Under the pieces are notes generated by a model. That model saw only the letters and a program-made list of their open reading frames with translations. It did no database searches and had not been told where the DNA came from. A DNA stretch of 64,000 nucleotides from Stegostoma tigrinum (lineage: Eukaryota): the NCBI RefSeq assembly GCF_030684315.1, contig NC_081365.1:29886062-29950061 (forward strand). Direction: 5' to 3'. The position numbers and the translations under genes were made by a program. Shown piece by piece: positions 62,224 to 64,000 of the stretch; position 1 is the stretch's first letter; each line of letters begins with the position of its first letter.

Positions 62224-62393
62224 AGATCCTTAAAACATTTTAAGTGCTGACTTGCCTGAAAGAAATAGCTTTGTTAGTACACCGAATTTCATACTGCATT
62301 GATGTATCAAAAGATGCAAATCTGACTGTTGTGTATATCGCTGCTTATCAGTGTCTTGATTTTAGACCATAATTATGAGAAAAACTGCAAAGC

Positions 62394-62399
62394 AATAAA
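62394..62399 (+). terminator. Candidate polyadenylation signal of TRMT10C
   Basis: AATAAA 170 nt after the stop codon. Confidence 0.55.
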
Positions 62400-64000
62400 A
62401 ATTGTGTATTTAGCTTCAAGGTCAAATAGAGAATTATTCACTGTTTAACTGAAGCATACATACTAGGGTCATTCCAAATTGGATCCCTAGTTAGTGTGAG
62501 TGGGCTGAGTTCAGCCAGGTCTCTTTGTGATATTCCAAATTGGATTGCTTCTTCAGGACTTTGACCGTGTAAAAAATTATCCAGGACTCACCAATTTGTT
62601 ATCTATTGATTCTTACTGGCAGCAAGAACAGGATTAGGCAAATTGATTTTCCACCTACCCACTTGCCCTGCAAACATTCTGGCAAGAATTCTATTTGAAT
62701 AACAACAACTTGAACAACCAGTGGCAGAGTCATCATTCCATTCCATTCCATTCAATTTCATATCCAGAGTGATAAATTACTGGACAATCTTAGTAGGGAA
62801 TAAAATGACACTTTTAACAAATTGCATCTGTATTAAGTTAATCATTATTTCTCAGAATAGTTAAGGGGGAGCTGAGAACATTGTATTTGGCCTTACCCTC
62901 TCTCAACCAGACAACCATTAAAAAGCAAACCGACTCCTCACTGTTGGTAGCTGTTTAGGGTCCACTGTTGAGATTACTTTGGTGTGAATTTTAAATGAAT
63001 CAATGACTGGGATTATATTCAATAATTAGTACAATCACTTCCCCTGCTGTAATTCGCTAAGTAGAATTAGTAGAATAACTAAGGTACTTGAGGACTTGTG
63101 GTTTTTGGTATGAGTGTGAGCTACGTTGTTTAGGAATGGTAGAGTTATAAAAAGAAGTAAAACAAATTATTTGAGAGGGGGGCAACACTTACTGCTACCA
63201 AAGCAGTCAAACTCAACTGAAGCGGTTAAGAAAACAAGATTAACCTGGCAGTTAGAAATCTACCACATACCATAATAAGTCATTCTTGCAGAGCTTTCTT
63301 TCAAACGATTCACTGCCAAAAAATGCCAGTTCAAAACAGAATATCTATCTGATCCACAAAAAGTTATATCTGCCCTGAAAGGTTGAAACAAAATTGTCAA
63401 ATGTGCAAAGGAATTTCACCAAATAACTTGATGGAGACAATTTATAGTCTTCATTTAATTTTAGTATTTGTTTTAAAAACAAATCCGACATGAAAGAAAC
63501 AGTTCTGAAAAGATATGGCAGCAGGATGGGTAAGTGCAATTAGAACTATTTAGTCACATAGGGCTGAATGGTTCATTACCATAATGTAAGTTCAATGAAT
63601 GAAGTCACTGTAGGTCTGATTGGGTTATAGCTATATATTTTCTCTAAACATTTAATTTCAATAAATTAAACAATGTCAATAAAGACTATAATTTAGAACA
63701 AAATAATTGGAAAACATTGGTTGTAGTAAAATGCAAGCAAAAGTCGTGCATTGCTTTTTCAGAAACATTTTAGTGGTGTGCCAACCTAACATAGCATTTG
63801 TTGAAGTTATGTTGACATAATTGTGTACATATGTATGATTCTGTAAAAGTCAATGTGATTGAAAATATTTCAAATCTGACAGTTGAGAGATGGAAGCATC
63901 ACTGAAGAACAGAAGCTTGGACATTTTATTGCATAATGTTTTTAAGCTGGGTGATTTTTTTGATAGCTGCATGTTGTAATTTCTATGTATGAGTATATAT

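Noticed and set aside
63290-63540. Minus-strand acceptor-like site and 64-aa ORF near the window end
   Set aside because: No recognisable protein similarity (not PCNP-like); insufficient evidence.

Overview
Vertebrate genomic DNA, most likely from a cartilaginous fish. This is inferred from HE1/V-type SINEs, CR1-like LINEs with (TTCTATG)n tails and the Penelope families present. It holds four protein-coding genes in two head-to-head pairs. (1) The 5' part of SENP7 on the minus strand: a probable non-coding exon 1 in a CpG island at ~44.4 kb and seven phase-consistent coding exons from 33747 down to 4767; the catalytic domain lies outside the window. (2) An intact FAM172B (Arb2-domain paralog) with an intronless CDS on the plus strand, 49890-50942. 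(3) A complete three-exon TXNL4B on the minus strand, 59745-53564, missed by the ORF track. (4) TRMT10C on the plus strand, 60928-62223, with a single coding exon. The rest is dense with decayed CR1/L2/Rex-like LINEs, a decayed Gypsy provirus (~37.6-42.5 kb), SINEs and Penelope-like elements (PLEs). The most unusual signal is a family of short (~130-200 bp) fold-back elements made only of inverted PLE termini. They carry minimal hammerhead ribozyme cores, and the best-preserved copies have 13-14 bp target-site duplications. All calls come from manual reading; repeat boundaries are approximate and no searches were run.
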